From Lama guanicoe (lineage: Eukaryota): DNA of 64,000 nucleotides. The DNA lies in assembly GCA_013239625.1 (NCBI GenBank), contig MU054391.1, forward strand, positions 6,469,824 through 6,533,823, read 5' to 3'. Position 1 is the stretch's first letter, and every line of letters begins with the position of its first letter. The position numbers were made by a program, and so were the translations under genes. The notes under the pieces were generated by a model, which was given only the letters and a program-made list of their open reading frames with translations, was not told the origin of the DNA and did no database searches. Shown piece after piece: positions 51,550 to 63,969 of this stretch.

Positions 51550-51912
51550 CAACCGGAGTGGCTTGGGGGCTGGGACTAGAAATACCTCCAGGCTCACTCC
51601 CTCAGTGTCTAGACCTTACTGCTGGCTGTTGGCTGGGACCTCAGCTGGGGCTCTTGGTTGGAACACCTATGGGTGCCTCTCCCTGAATCTCTCCACACAG
51701 GCTAGTTGGGGGTTCCTTTCTGGTCTGGAAGCTGCATTTAAGAGTGAGCATCCTAAGTGTCAGGAAGAGGAGGCTGCTAGTTTAAGGCCTGGACTGGGAA
51801 ACTGACATTAGTCAAGCATCACGGAGCCCAGATTCAAGGGGAGGGACTAGACCTGCCTCTGAATGAGATGAGTGTCAAAGAATTTTATGGCCATGTTCTA
51901 AAAGAGCCATCA
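51550..51912 (-). mobile_element. MLT1F/G/H-type MaLR LTR, sense to PDIA6
   Basis: Minus strand begins tgatgg...aacatggccataaaattctttgacact...cccttgaatctgggc and contains ccagctgaggtcccagccaacagccagc. Confidence 0.7.
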
Positions 51913-54832
51913 GAGGTGTATTTTATTCAGGAGTTGGAAATTTATTCACAGATTGGCTTGCCCTTTCTCACTTTTCTGCTGTTGAAACACTGCCCATCCT
52001 CTACAGCTCTGATGAAATCAGCCCCCTCTTCCCCTCTGTTTCCTCTCGCTTGGAATTAATCACGGCCTCATCAGGGCTCCCTCGGCTCACCTCACCTTGC
52101 TTCCTCCCTCTCTACCGCTGTCCTGTCAGAAGTGGAGGGCAAGAGTCAGTCAATCAATTGTAGCTCCTCATGGGGGCGGACGGAGTACCCCCTACAAGGC
52201 AAGAACTCACTAAATGAGAGTTGGATAAATGAATGATAACTGGGAAACCAAAGGGGTAGAGAGAAGAGAATGAGGGGCAGGGGGGGTGAGGCCTCTGGGG
52301 GGGCTGGGGGGCCTCTGGCTGTGCAGATGGGTGTCCCCTCCTACTCAGGGACATCGGAGTTGATGTTAAACGAGCAAACACTCAGAGAGCGGAAGCAGTG
52401 CTAGAGAGCGCCTTCCCTCTGCCGCGCTGTAAGCGTTTCCGGGGCTTTGAGGATCCTAGCCAAGGGCGGTGATAAAGGGTTGTCAGTGTCGTTCAGCAAA
52501 CAGAGTAGCTGGGCCTCTGCTCCTTATCCGGGAGGCACTCCTAAGGAGGCCTGTCATCGAACAATAGCTCCACCCTCGGCCTCTAACAAGTCAAACAGGT
52601 GGTTCAGGTATCGACCCAGTGGCGTTTGGTTGATGTGCTGGCCTGGCTCTACCTTCCTAAACAATTTGCAGGGCTTCTGGGCAAAGCTAAAACCAAAAAA
52701 TATGGTGGTTACTCAGAGTTTGAGGTTTTGTCGTTAGATATGGCTGTTCTATCCAGTCTCTGGAGAGGAGCTGGGAGTAGAGCTTCCAGAGGGCAGAGGG
52801 AAGGCCTCCCCTTCGCGCAGCTCCTCTGACTGTTGGTCTCCAGCCAGTGCGTTAGTATCAGCCCTGGGAAGTGTTCATGCCCTGCGTCCCTGGGGCTGGT
52901 TTGGGGCTGATCTTACGATGCTCCAGGGTCCTGGGTTAGTCTGTGCTAATCTGGGCTGGGGCTAGACTATGACAGATAATATGCTGTGACTCAGTTCTCC
53001 AGAAGTAGGGTTGGTCTGTGCAGATCACCTTGCTCAAGTTTCTGTTTCTCAGAGGTTAAAGTTCTGAATTCACGGTCTTCCAGGATGTTATTTCTAAACC
53101 TTGTTGTTTCCTCTCTTAAATCCCTGTCATGGTTCTACGTGATCTTCAGAAAAAAAGTGGGAGGTTAAGAAGAAGAGACCACATCTTTATTCAGTACTTA
53201 CTTGCCCATCAAATACTTTCCCATCTGCATGAATGATACCACTATCCATCCCATTGCTCAAGGCAAAAATCTTATTGAACCCTCTTTCCAGCACCAACTC
53301 CCAACATCCATCATCAAGTTCTGATAATTCAAGCATCAAGCCATATTAAAAATATGTTGATATTTCCCCCATTTCCACACAGCTACCACCACCCCGGTTC
53401 CAGTGCTTATCTCTACTTGTGCAGCAGCCCCTTAGAGCAGATGTCATTGGTTTCCAGCTGTAGCGGATGCTGTAGTGTGCTACCCAGCCCCTTCCTCCTC
53501 CCCGGAAGGATGAAACACTCATCCTTCCAGTTTCGGGAGTGTTGGCCATTGTTGCCTCACAGCTGTGTTCCTCCCTTGGCTGAAAAGAGATGCAAGTACA
53601 GGCTATAACCTGGGCCTGAGGCCCCAGGCATTTTCCATTGCTATGCTGACCTCTGCAGGACTCTGCCTTCCCTGAGCTTCTGCTCTGACAGAACCAAATC
53701 TCTCCCAGGTGTCTTCTGGGCCCCCTGGTACCCGGAGCCCTGTCCTGTGGAGACTCCCCCCCTGGGCAGCCCCCAGGACCACCGGCTCCTGCAGCCTCTG
53801 GAATGTCCGAGTTTCACATCCCATCTCCCCTCCCTGGGTGAGCAGCTGGGCTCTGCCCTGTTCCTTCAGGCTCTTGTCCCCACAGCTTCCCTGGTAATTT
53901 TGCCAAAAGCCATAGCACTAAGGATGTTAACTTTCTGCTCTCCAAACGGAAGATCCTGTGAGTACCAGGATCTGCCCTCATTAGCAAGCACAGGGGGTGT
54001 TAACTATATTTTTCCTTTTACAGAATCAATTGCCAAATCATGATGAATCTGAAACCTGAGCAGCGTTTCTCTGCTCCATCCACGCAGATCCTGGCCTTGC
54101 TCAGTTTCCAGCATCTCGGGCCTGAACTATTACCTCCTTGCTTCACCTTCTTCTGGTTCTGTTCCATTCCACCCTTCCCCAGAACTTTCCAGAACTTCCC
54201 AGAGCTCCCCATACATCGAGAGAGGCCCAAGCCCCTTCCTTATTTTATTTTATTTTTTGACAAATATTTTCAGATTTTGTTTAAGTTGGACTGTACAACT
54301 TTTTTTAACTTCAAGCAACTTTTTACTGAAGTATAGTTGATTTACAAAGTTGTAATATTTTATTTTTTTAACATACTAAAAACCAGACATGTCAGAGTAG
54401 GGGGTACAAGGTTATGATGGATTTTACATGTTTACTTTTATCAGAATTAATGCTTTAAATTGAAAAAAATGTTATGCTATCCAGTTGTGCTCATCACAAG
54501 ATAATTGTAGAGTTTTAAAAAATTAATACTACATAGTATATTCCAAGTGGTTTGACCTGGTTCTAGGACACAAGTCCAAAGTAGTTTCATGAATGTTTCA
54601 TTTTTTTCTACCCTGACAGTACTTCCTTGTGACTAAATGTTGAATCTCATTTGGCGATAACGTTGAAAATCTGACTGTGGATTCATTTGAAAATTAGAGG
54701 CTGGGAGAAATGGTCCTTCTGACCACATGCAGTGGCATAAATCAAACTCCAGTGGCCCGTTGGCTACACAGCCGTGTCCACGTGGCTGCCTGGTTACCGT
54801 GCCGAAGAGGCTACCAGATATAATTCGAAAGA

Positions 54833-54847
54833 CCACCAGGTGGCGCT
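54833..54847 (+). promoter_or_regulatory. CTCF motif
   Basis: CCACCAGGTGGCGCT matches the CTCF core consensus. Confidence 0.7.
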
Positions 54848-57445
54848 ACGTCCCCGCCCTGGGCGGTGCAATCCGTTTCCCACTTCATAGTTGCCGGGAG
54901 CACATTCCAAGAGATTGTAAATTATTCTAGATTGTTTTCTGAAAGGAGTATCCGTGAGCTCACTCTGAAATCCCAAATCCAGCCCAGAGAGGCAAGGAGA
55001 TATTGTGAAAGATATCTAAATTCAGTTAAATGGAGAAACTAGTCCAAGTGAATATGCAGGATGTAGCCTCAATTTAGAGACAGACCTCACGGAACAGACC
55101 AGAACTTGGGTCCATTACCCAAGTGTTACCTCGGTCAGCTGGTTGTTCAAGAGGTGAATGGATGTGCTGGAGTGGTGTCCTCTGGGCACAAACCAGTCAG
55201 AGCAGCTCTTCAGGAGAATTTCCCATTCCTCCCCCACTCACCTCTCGGCCCCCTTCCAGGCAGTAACAACTCTGTCCTGCATGGGTGCCCACCCGCCTTT
55301 CAACGTCCCTGAGCCATGCGGTGGTCCTCCCACCTGTTGAACTCAGAGGCCCCTGGGGAAGCGCAGGAAGTGCCACTCTGCCTCAAATCCCTGCTGAAAC
55401 TATCCCACCACCGATTTCTTTCTTTCTGGGATTCCTTTCACTTACAGTTAGCTTGGGTTCGTTTCAACCTAATACTTGGAGCCACAGATGAATTTACTGC
55501 CATAGAAGTGTGAGGGGTATTCGATTTGAAGCAGGACAGAGAGGCTTCAGATGGATTGGCTCTGTGACCACTCTCCGCCCTCCATTAGTCTTCCTTTGAC
55601 CCTTGGGACCAGGGCCACAGCTCTGCCCGCCTCCAGGGGCCCCCTTATTCTACGGAAAGGGCACCCTCTGGACTTGTGGAAACCCCTGGCCTGGCTGATC
55701 TGCATGGGCTGTCCCACCTCTGCGGTCACTCAGCTTGCAGAGAATACACTGCCCCCGGTCACGCTGCCTGGGGAGAGGGGACGAATTCCCTCTGGACTGA
55801 GAGCCTCTTCCTGCAATGTGGCTACAGCCCCTGACTCTCAGCTGCAAATACCGTGTTTTATGGGACAGCCCCAGACACAGGGCAGGGACAGACCCCCGCC
55901 AGCCCTCCCCATTGCACGGATGGGATGTGTCACCACCAGGTGCTGACTCAGGTTCTTCACTAACAACCTTCTGATCAGGCCTGAGGCTGCAGCCCGCCCC
56001 GCCCCGCGCCCCGCCCCACCCCGGTGCTCAGGTCAGCTTTGCAAAAGGGGCGAATGTCAGTCTGGTCTCCGACAGACCTGGCCCAAGCTGGTTCCTGCCT
56101 GAGTGAGTTTCAGGGTCTCCTCCCCTCTACTATCCACCCTCTCCCCTTCTCTCCCAGCTCTACACAACTGCCACCACCTTCTCCCTTTTTGGGATTCCTG
56201 GGATCTGGATGGCCGGGAGGCAGGTTCTCAGGGCTTCTGTGCTGTCTCTCTGAGCTTGCACGCGCCCTGGGGTTTTTCCATCAATCCTACAGGTGGGTAC
56301 TACGTGTCACAGACAAGGGCAGTAGCCCTGAGACGTCATAAGCCCTAGGAGGACTCATTCCCTGACTTCTGCCAGGTAAATGGGGACTGCGGTCTGCTCA
56401 GAACATCCCTGGGGCTCTTCTCAGAGGTTTCCTGAATACCCATGTACTTGACACAGACCCCCTCGAACAGTGATACATCCTACTCACACTGACAAAGCTG
56501 CCGTGGGGGACGGCAGGGACTCAGGCCCACGTGTATTCCCCAGGCAAAGTGCCAGCACACAGCAGGCTCTCCAGTATAAGTGGATATGGAAATCGAGGCT
56601 GGAAAGGTTAAATGATGTCCCCAGGGCTAGAGGCTACAAGTGTCTCAAAGCGGAACTCTGGGTACCAGGCCTCTGGAGCGGCAGCTGGCGTCTGTTTATC
56701 AGAAGCTGCAGGCACTCATGATGGAAAACCTTTCCTTTCTCCCAGCCTTCACCAGGGCTTCTCTGTATTTCGCTTATCTCCCCCCTACCCCCCACCCCGC
56801 CCAGCTTATCTTTTGATGATGCCAGAGAGAAAAGGGAATTCTAAAATTCCTTTTCCTCCTCCAATCCTTAAACTTCTGAAGAAGACTTAAACCTGGCATT
56901 ATGAATTTTCTAAATTCTGTTGAAAACCCCAATAGCTTATACAGTACGTACGAAGCAGGTCTGAAGAAAAATCCCCAGTGCATTTTTATCTTTTCTCTGG
57001 CGGCAGCAGCTGCATGATTTCAAAAGGAGGCAGCAATTCAGTCCCCATTCAGGCTCCAGAGATTAAAAAGGTAAAAATCTCGAGCTAGATGAAAGGGAAG
57101 CTCTGTTCCTATGTGGGCTGCGGATGCTGCTGTGTGCTTTGGAGAGAAAAAGACTCTCAGTGGAAAGGGAACATTTTGGAACCTTCTAGATGTGTGTGCC
57201 TCCTCTGAAAGGCTTCCCTCGCTCCTGGGAGCCTGGGTGCAGATCCCTGGCAGGCACTGCTCTGTGGTCCTGCTCCATGCATGCACTGACCCCTCGCCCC
57301 TCCAGACTGGGGCTCTGAGGGGTGGGGTCTGTGGCCTGGACAGTCTCGGTGCCCAGGGAACAGGTGTTGACTGGATGAAGGATGGGGGTCCTGTGACCTA
57401 AGGGAGCCCGCCCGGTCCTTCGTTTTCATAAACACGGAGAGGTAG

Positions 57446-57855
57446 TGTGAAGGAAAAGCCCAGCTGGGCTAACAAGCTAAGTCACAAATCTAAGTGTGAT
57501 AAGTGTAGGTTTACTGATCTGAGTTCTGCCGGGCTAACTCGTAAATCTGAAGTTTAGTGTCAGTTTACTGGGCTAACAAGCTAACTCGTAAATCCAAGCT
57601 CAACAAGTGTCAGTAACGTGATCTGTTCCGAATTGATAAGCTCCAGTGCACTGATTTCTTGCTTTTTGTTGTTTGAGCCTTATTGGCTAATAGCCCCATA
57701 CTTGTAATTAACCCTATAAAACCTCATGCGCACGTCTTGGAGGTGCTCAGAGCTTCAGAGCAGAAGCCCCTCTGAGCCCGCTGGTGTAATACATCTGAGT
57801 ACTCCAACCCTCCAAGTGGTGCTTGTTTCTTGGCTGGCCTGTTGTTTCTGTAACA
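57446..57855 (+). mobile_element. ERV solo LTR, class I-like
   Basis: TG...CA termini (tgtgaagg...tgtaaca), 4-bp TSD GTAG, U3 repeats, ATTGG 57682, TATAAA 57715, AATACA 57788. Confidence 0.85.
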
Positions 57856-58239
57856 GTAGGTCTCTTCCCCTCTGTTTGACTGTTTAACACCTGCCATAGA
57901 CTGGCTGTTCAGAAGATGTTTGTTGAATGAATTAATTTTGCAGCATGTGTTTATGAAACTACCAATACTTCTGTGTTTCCTGAGCACTTATTCAGGGCAA
58001 GCCGCCACCTCACACTCTACCTGAATCATGTCACGTGAGCCTCACAAGCACTCTGAGCCGAGAAGCCCTCTTTTTACTTCAGACGTGAGAGGTTCGGGGT
58101 CACGGGGCTGGAAGGTGAGTGAGGCGGGCGACATCCCCAAGTCAGTCGGACTCCAGGCCTCGTGTTCCTGACGACACTGGCCCTCAAAAATCAAGCGATT
58201 CCGTCTTCCGTCTCTCACTGCCTGGCCGCAATCCTCTAC

Positions 58240-58450
58240 CTGCTTCTCTCCGCCCCGCTTGCTCCGCGCGCTCAGGCCTGAGATGGAGGCGGCGGGAGGG
58301 GAGCCGCGCGGCCGGCATCGCCCAGCAGGTGGCGCTGCGGGCAGCCCCGGAGGCGGCGCGGGGCCCAGGAGACGCGGGCGGGGGGCAGGCGGGAAACAGG
58401 AAGTCGGGCCCCCAAGCGCATTTAAATCCGTTTCTGTGCGAGCGAAATCA
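58240..58450. promoter_or_regulatory. Small CpG-rich regulatory island with CTCF and ETS motifs
   Basis: CpG-dense; CCAGCAGGTGGCGCT at 58322-58336; CAGGAAGT ~58397; GC box ~58250. Confidence 0.65.
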
Positions 58451-59056
58451 GGCAAACGTTTTGGTGAACAAGTCTTGGACCCATGAGGACACTGGTCCAG
58501 AGCGCTGGCCTAGGTTCCACCCCGAGTGTCACCACAGCCTCAGCCGTCAATTTAAGTATCGGCTGCAACAACGCTTGGAAACTGTAAGGTGTTGTCCGAG
58601 CCGGCGATGATCCTCTTAACCCAGGTGAGGGAAATGCGTTACTTGATCCTTGGCCTGTCTCCTCCTGTTCTGGCTGATTCTCCGAGATAGGGCTTCTTAG
58701 AGGTCTGCATTAAGTGACAGGGAGTGCCTGTCATTATGAACAATGACAACAGTGGCTGAAACAAAATCTTGCTTCCTGTCTCACCTCGTCTAATTCTCAC
58801 ACTGAGGTGGGGCAAAATCAAAAGCAGCATCTAAAACCTGGCATTTGGAGAGGCCAAACCCCATCTTATAAATAATGCTTAAAAGCCTGGCTTTTCTACA
58901 CAAAGGGAACAGGACAGGGGATCCCTCTTCAGTCCCATTTGCCACAGAGGTGAGACTGACCTGAGATACCCACGGCGATGGCAGAGGGGCCTGGGAGGCC
59001 GGCCCTGCGTCCAGCCTGCACATTTTGAGGTTGAGAACAGAAATCCACAAGCAGGG

Positions 59057-59367
59057 TGTTATGCGTTGAATTGTGTCCCCTAACCAGATTCATGTTAAAG
59101 TCCTAACGACCAGCACCTCAGGATGGGACCTTCTTAGGAAATAGGGTCCTTGCAGATGTAATTAGTTAGGATGAGGTCATCCTGGAGGAGGTGAGCCCCT
59201 AATTCGGTGTGACTGTGTTGTTATAAAGAGGAACCTTCAGAAAGAACCAGCCCTGCTGACACCTTGGTAGCACACTTTCAGCCTCCAGAGCTGTGAGGCC
59301 ATCAGCCGCTGTTGTTTAAGCCCCCAGTCTGAGGTGCACGGTTAGGGCAGCGCCAGGAACTAACACA
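59057..59367 (+). mobile_element. MLT1B/C-type MaLR LTR, internally deleted
   Basis: tgttatgcgttgaattgtgtcccc...ggaaatagggtccttgcagatgtaattag...cagcctccagagctgtgag. Confidence 0.8.
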
Positions 59368-60360
59368 CGGGAGAGCTGTCTGCTGGGATGTGTCCACATT
59401 TGAGATGTGGAGACTCATCACTGCTGCCCCACCTGGTCCTCACGGCTCAGGGGGAGAAGAGAACTGGCCGTCTCTTGAAAAAACTTTCAGTCTAGGACTA
59501 GGCACTTGGATGAGAAGTTAGCCTAGACGAGGGGGAGTCTCAGATTCTTGAATCCGAACCAACTGGTGTGTGGGAAGGAGAAGTCGTCTTCTTTACTGTC
59601 GAAGGAACTTCAGAGGCCCTAAAATCCAAACCCTCATCTTACAGGTAAAGGATGCTCAGGGTGTGCCCTGAATGCATACCCCTCCCCCTCTCCCAACCCC
59701 TCACCTGCACCTCAGCCTCCTCTGGGGCCCAGCCTGGGTTCCCCTTCCCTCCAGGCATTTCTGTCCCCACACCCAGCAAAATCAACCACACTGAATTCAA
59801 CAGATCACTCTGAATAGGACCAGCAGCCCTGCCCGAGGGAGTGGAGACCCTGGCCCTAGAGTCAGCTCTCTGTCCCACGTATCTGATCCTCCCAGGAGCC
59901 TCCAAGGTAGGGGGTGATGCGGCCACTCTCACCAGTGTTTGGGTCATCCCGTATCCCAGGGACTCAAGTTAGAGCCCGAAAGGAGGATGCATGTACCCAG
60001 CTCAGCTGAAGACACACCTCCACCTGCTGCCTTTGGGAGGCAAACTTGCATCTTTTCTGGTAACAAATACTAACCTTGTCCTGAGCACTCATGGAGAACT
60101 CATTATACCATTGACTGATCTCTTTGATAAATTAAAAGTTTCTTTTGTCACTGATGGAATGGAAGAGGGGAGCTAGCCCTCTTTTGCCAAGGGTCCCTCC
60201 CAGAAAGCCAGTATAAGCCAAGGCCCCTGTGGTTGAATGACGGATGGTCACACTCCTTTAAGGCTCTCTCTTCCTGCAGCTGCAGCTGTGGATGGTATCT
60301 CGACATCAGGCTTGCAGCATCCTTGTGTAGAAGGGAACTGGGGCTTTGGGGCTCCATGGG

Positions 60361-60485
60361 TTTTTTGGGGGGGTAATTAGATTTACTTATTTATTTATTT
60401 ATTTTTGGAGGAGGTACTGGGGATTGAACCCAGGACCTCATGCATGCTAAGCACATGCTCTACCACTTGAGCTATACCCTCCTCC
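60361..60485 (-). mobile_element. Vic-1-like SINE
   Basis: Reverse full-length SINE with (attt)n tail; diverged TSD ggggct(c/t)catgg. Confidence 0.85.
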
Positions 60486-62879
60486 TGGGGCTTCATGGTT
60501 TTAATCAAACCTTTTTAGCTTTTTTTTAAAATTAACATATAATTCACATGACACAAAATCTACCTTTTTAAAGTGTCCAATTCAGTGGTTTTTCTTATAT
60601 TCACAAGGTTGTATCACTGTTGCCACTAACTGCAGAACATTTTAACACTGTGCCTTTTTATTCCCACTTGTGTTCTATGGAGATCAAAAAGAGAAAGAAA
60701 CAGCTTACTCTATATAACGAAGAAGGGATGTGTGTCTTGCACAGAAGCCCTCGATGTAGCAAGCAGGGCTGGGGGGACCCCACCTGGGACCAGCCCACCG
60801 GGCCTGTGCCTCCACCCACACTAGTGATCTGTGTGCACAGAAAAGGAATAGATTGTCTCTGAGGCTCTGTTTCCCCATCTTTAGAAATTAATAATGGTAA
60901 TAATGATCTGTCCCACTTACAACAAGGAAATCCCACCTCTCTTAAACAACAGAACATGGAGTCTGCTTGGGTTTGGTGCTGAGAAGGAGAATCTTCTGGG
61001 GGCAGCCTGATCTGATCAAAGACCTGGCTCTGTCCCTTGCCTCTTCTTTCTGTCACCCCCTCCCACCTCCTTGTCCCATTCCCTTTTGTTCCGCCACCAG
61101 CACGCTGCCCCCTCCCCCATGGTGGATTCCACTCCCTTCCCAGGATGGACATTCTCATAAAGACGCACTAAATACCCAGGGAGGGTGACGGGAATGGAAA
61201 CCCGGCGTGTATTATTTATTTATGCCCTGCTGAGTTCCCCAAGGTATTGAGGACAGCGTGTAAAGATAATTTAATTTGACAAGATTGGGGTGGGGTGAGG
61301 TAATCAGAGAGAAATAAAAACGAGGGGAGGGAAAAAATGAGATGGAGCCTGGGTGAGGCTGGGACGGGAGGTGCGGATGATGATTTAATAAACGCTTGTG
61401 TCTTACAAATACAGACTCATTTAATCCTCCTGACAACTGGGTGAGGCAGGTGCTATTATTATACTCGTTTCAGAGACAAGGAAGCCCAGGCACAGGAAGG
61501 TTTGTGTAACTTGCCCAAGGACTCCCAGCTACCGAGTGGCTGACCCGGGATTTGAACCGGCGGCCTTGGTGCGAAGCGCGTGCAGCCCCTGCTGCTGCAG
61601 CTGCTTCCTGACGTCACAGGCACGCACGGCGTGGGCGGGGCCACCGGAGCGGGAGCAGGACCTATAGGAAATATCTTTCAAGTCTTGGATTTTGTCTCAG
61701 AAATCATATCCTTTTGCATGTTATTTCATAATATTTCTCTATCTGTGTACCGGGATATTTAAAATTAGACTTTTTTTTTTTTTCTGAGTTTCAACTGGGG
61801 CCACCGTTTTTGGTAGCCCGCTCTGTGCCGGGGACTCTGCATACAGTATCGCTAATCTTTGTGCTTCTGGAAGGTGGGGATTGTAACCCCGATGTCACAG
61901 AGGGAAAACGGAGGCTCAGAAAGTTCACGTGCGGGTGCGCGCCGAGGTCCACAGGGAGGCCCTCTGGTCCAGCTGGCCGCCCTCCCACCACTCGGATGTG
62001 CTTCCCTGGATTTCCAAAAGAGATGACAGCAGGAATGGAATCTCTTCGAGACCCATCCTTGCTGGGGTCCAACACCCATGCGGAGTTTTGTGGATTCTCT
62101 CAGGGGCTCCAGGCAAGGAAGCTCCTTTTGGAAAGGAAAGTCCTATCTGGGTGCCCCCCCCCGCCCCGAGGAAACAGGCTCCAAACAACCTGCTTTCTTC
62201 ATTTATATGTTTGTATCTTGTGAACAGTTCCCAGGAGTTTAAGCAAATGCTAGCCCATCAGAATTGTTCTCTTAATGATTATATTCGTTTGTGTTAGGAA
62301 ACAGCTTAATTGGCAGTAAACTTATCCCAGCTGGAACACTACAAGATCATAGGTGACTTCTCTGCAGTGTACGTTTCCCTCAGAGCGGGGGTCTCTGGAC
62401 CTGACCCAGGTAGGGAACATGGACTCATTTCCAGAAGGAGAAGGGTGTGGCCCAAGGGCACAGGAGGCAACAAATTGGCAAACGAAGCCAGATTCACAAC
62501 CCCTGGGTCCATCTTCCCTACACTTTGAAGGGCTGCTCCTCAGAAGCCAGCACCGATAGTGGGAAAACCTTCTGGTTTCTGGCTCTGCTCCTGGAGAGGC
62601 CTGTGTGAACGTTCAGCTCGGCAGGACTGGCCTTGTCTGGAAGTCACACAGGGTCACAGAAGGTGTCTGAAGTAGAATGTAAAGTCAGTCAGCTGCAGGT
62701 CTGACTATTCGGCATTTTCCAGAACATAGAGGAGAGAGAGAGAACAAAGATGCTGAATTTTAAAAAGAAAACTCACAAAATGCACAGTTCCTTTCAGGTT
62801 GTTGTAATTTTTTAAAAATCTGATTTTTTAAAACGTTGGGTGAGGACTAACAGTGTTCTTCAGACTCCAATTCTAATAA

Positions 62880-63450
62880 ACTCTAAAATGTCAATAGTCA
62901 GTCCTCAAAAATTTATTGAGTACCTGCTATGTGCCAGGCACTGTTCTCGGTGCTGGAGACAGTGGGCAAGGACAAAGCCAGAGTCCTTGTCCCAGGGGTT
63001 GGTTTACATTTTACAGACACAGGATCTTAGGTACAGATACATGGGGGGAGATTATCAAATGAGGCCGCGTGGCAGAAGGTAACCAGGAGGACCGTCTAGC
63101 TGCTCAGAAAGGGCCTCTCCTAGGAGCAGGTGCTGAGCAGAGGCCTGAACCAGGGGGTGGCAGGCAAATGTCTTGGTGGATTGCAGCAGCCCAGCTGAAG
63201 GAGCAGCACCAGCTGAGATCCTGGGATGGGGATGGTGTTGGCTGATTCAAGGTATAAAACCAGGCCAGGGGGCTTGGAGCCTGGTGAGTGAGAGCAGGAG
63301 ACCATGGGGCAGAGCATGGATTTTATCCCAGAGGGGTGGTAGTCTCTGGAAGGTTTTAAGCAGCAGAATGGGCTGTGGATGGGGCTGCAGACGGGTGAGC
63401 AGGGAGGCAATGAGTGGGTTGGAGCTATGGTCACTTGTGTGAGTCAGGAG
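62880..63450 (+). mobile_element. L2 LINE fragment
   Basis: tttattgagtacctgctatgtgccaggcactgttct...ggattttatcc...ggaaggttttaagcag. Confidence 0.7.
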
Positions 63451-63518
63451 ACAGAAACCGCATTTGTAATTTGCACGGCAGAAATGTAGTAAAAAGAATG
63501 ATCAACTAGTAAAGGTGA

Positions 63519-63969
63519 TGTGATAGGTTGAAATGTGTCTCCCCACCTCCAAAACCTAGGTTGAAGCCCTGATAACCCACAGCACTTGTGAACGTGATCT
63601 TATTTGGAAATAAGGTCTTTGCAGATGTAATCAAGTTAAGATGAGGTCACTAGGATGGGCCCTAATCCAATAGGACTCGTGTCCTTATAGGAAGAGAGAA
63701 ATTTGGACCCAGATACACAGGAGAACGCCACGTGATGACAGAGGCAGAGGGGGAGGAATGCAGCCACAAACCAAGGGAAGCTGAGGATTCCAGCTGACAA
63801 AACCAGAAGCCGAGGCGGGCATGGGGTGGCTGTTCCCTCAGAGCCTCCACAAGGATGAACCCTGTGGACACCTTGATTTTTGGACTTTCAGTCTCCAGAA
63901 CTGTGAGAGAATAAATTTCCGTTGCTTTAAGCTGCCAGTTGGTTATGGCAGCCTGAGGACACTAAAACA
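63519..63969 (+). mobile_element. MLT1B/C-type MaLR solo LTR
   Basis: TG...CA ends, 5-bp TSD ggtga/ggtgg, typical MLT1 body. Confidence 0.85.

Noticed and set aside
57464..57600. Short interspersed direct repeats superficially like a CRISPR array
   Set aside because: Only two or three irregular copies inside an LTR U3 region; eukaryotic context and no cas genes.
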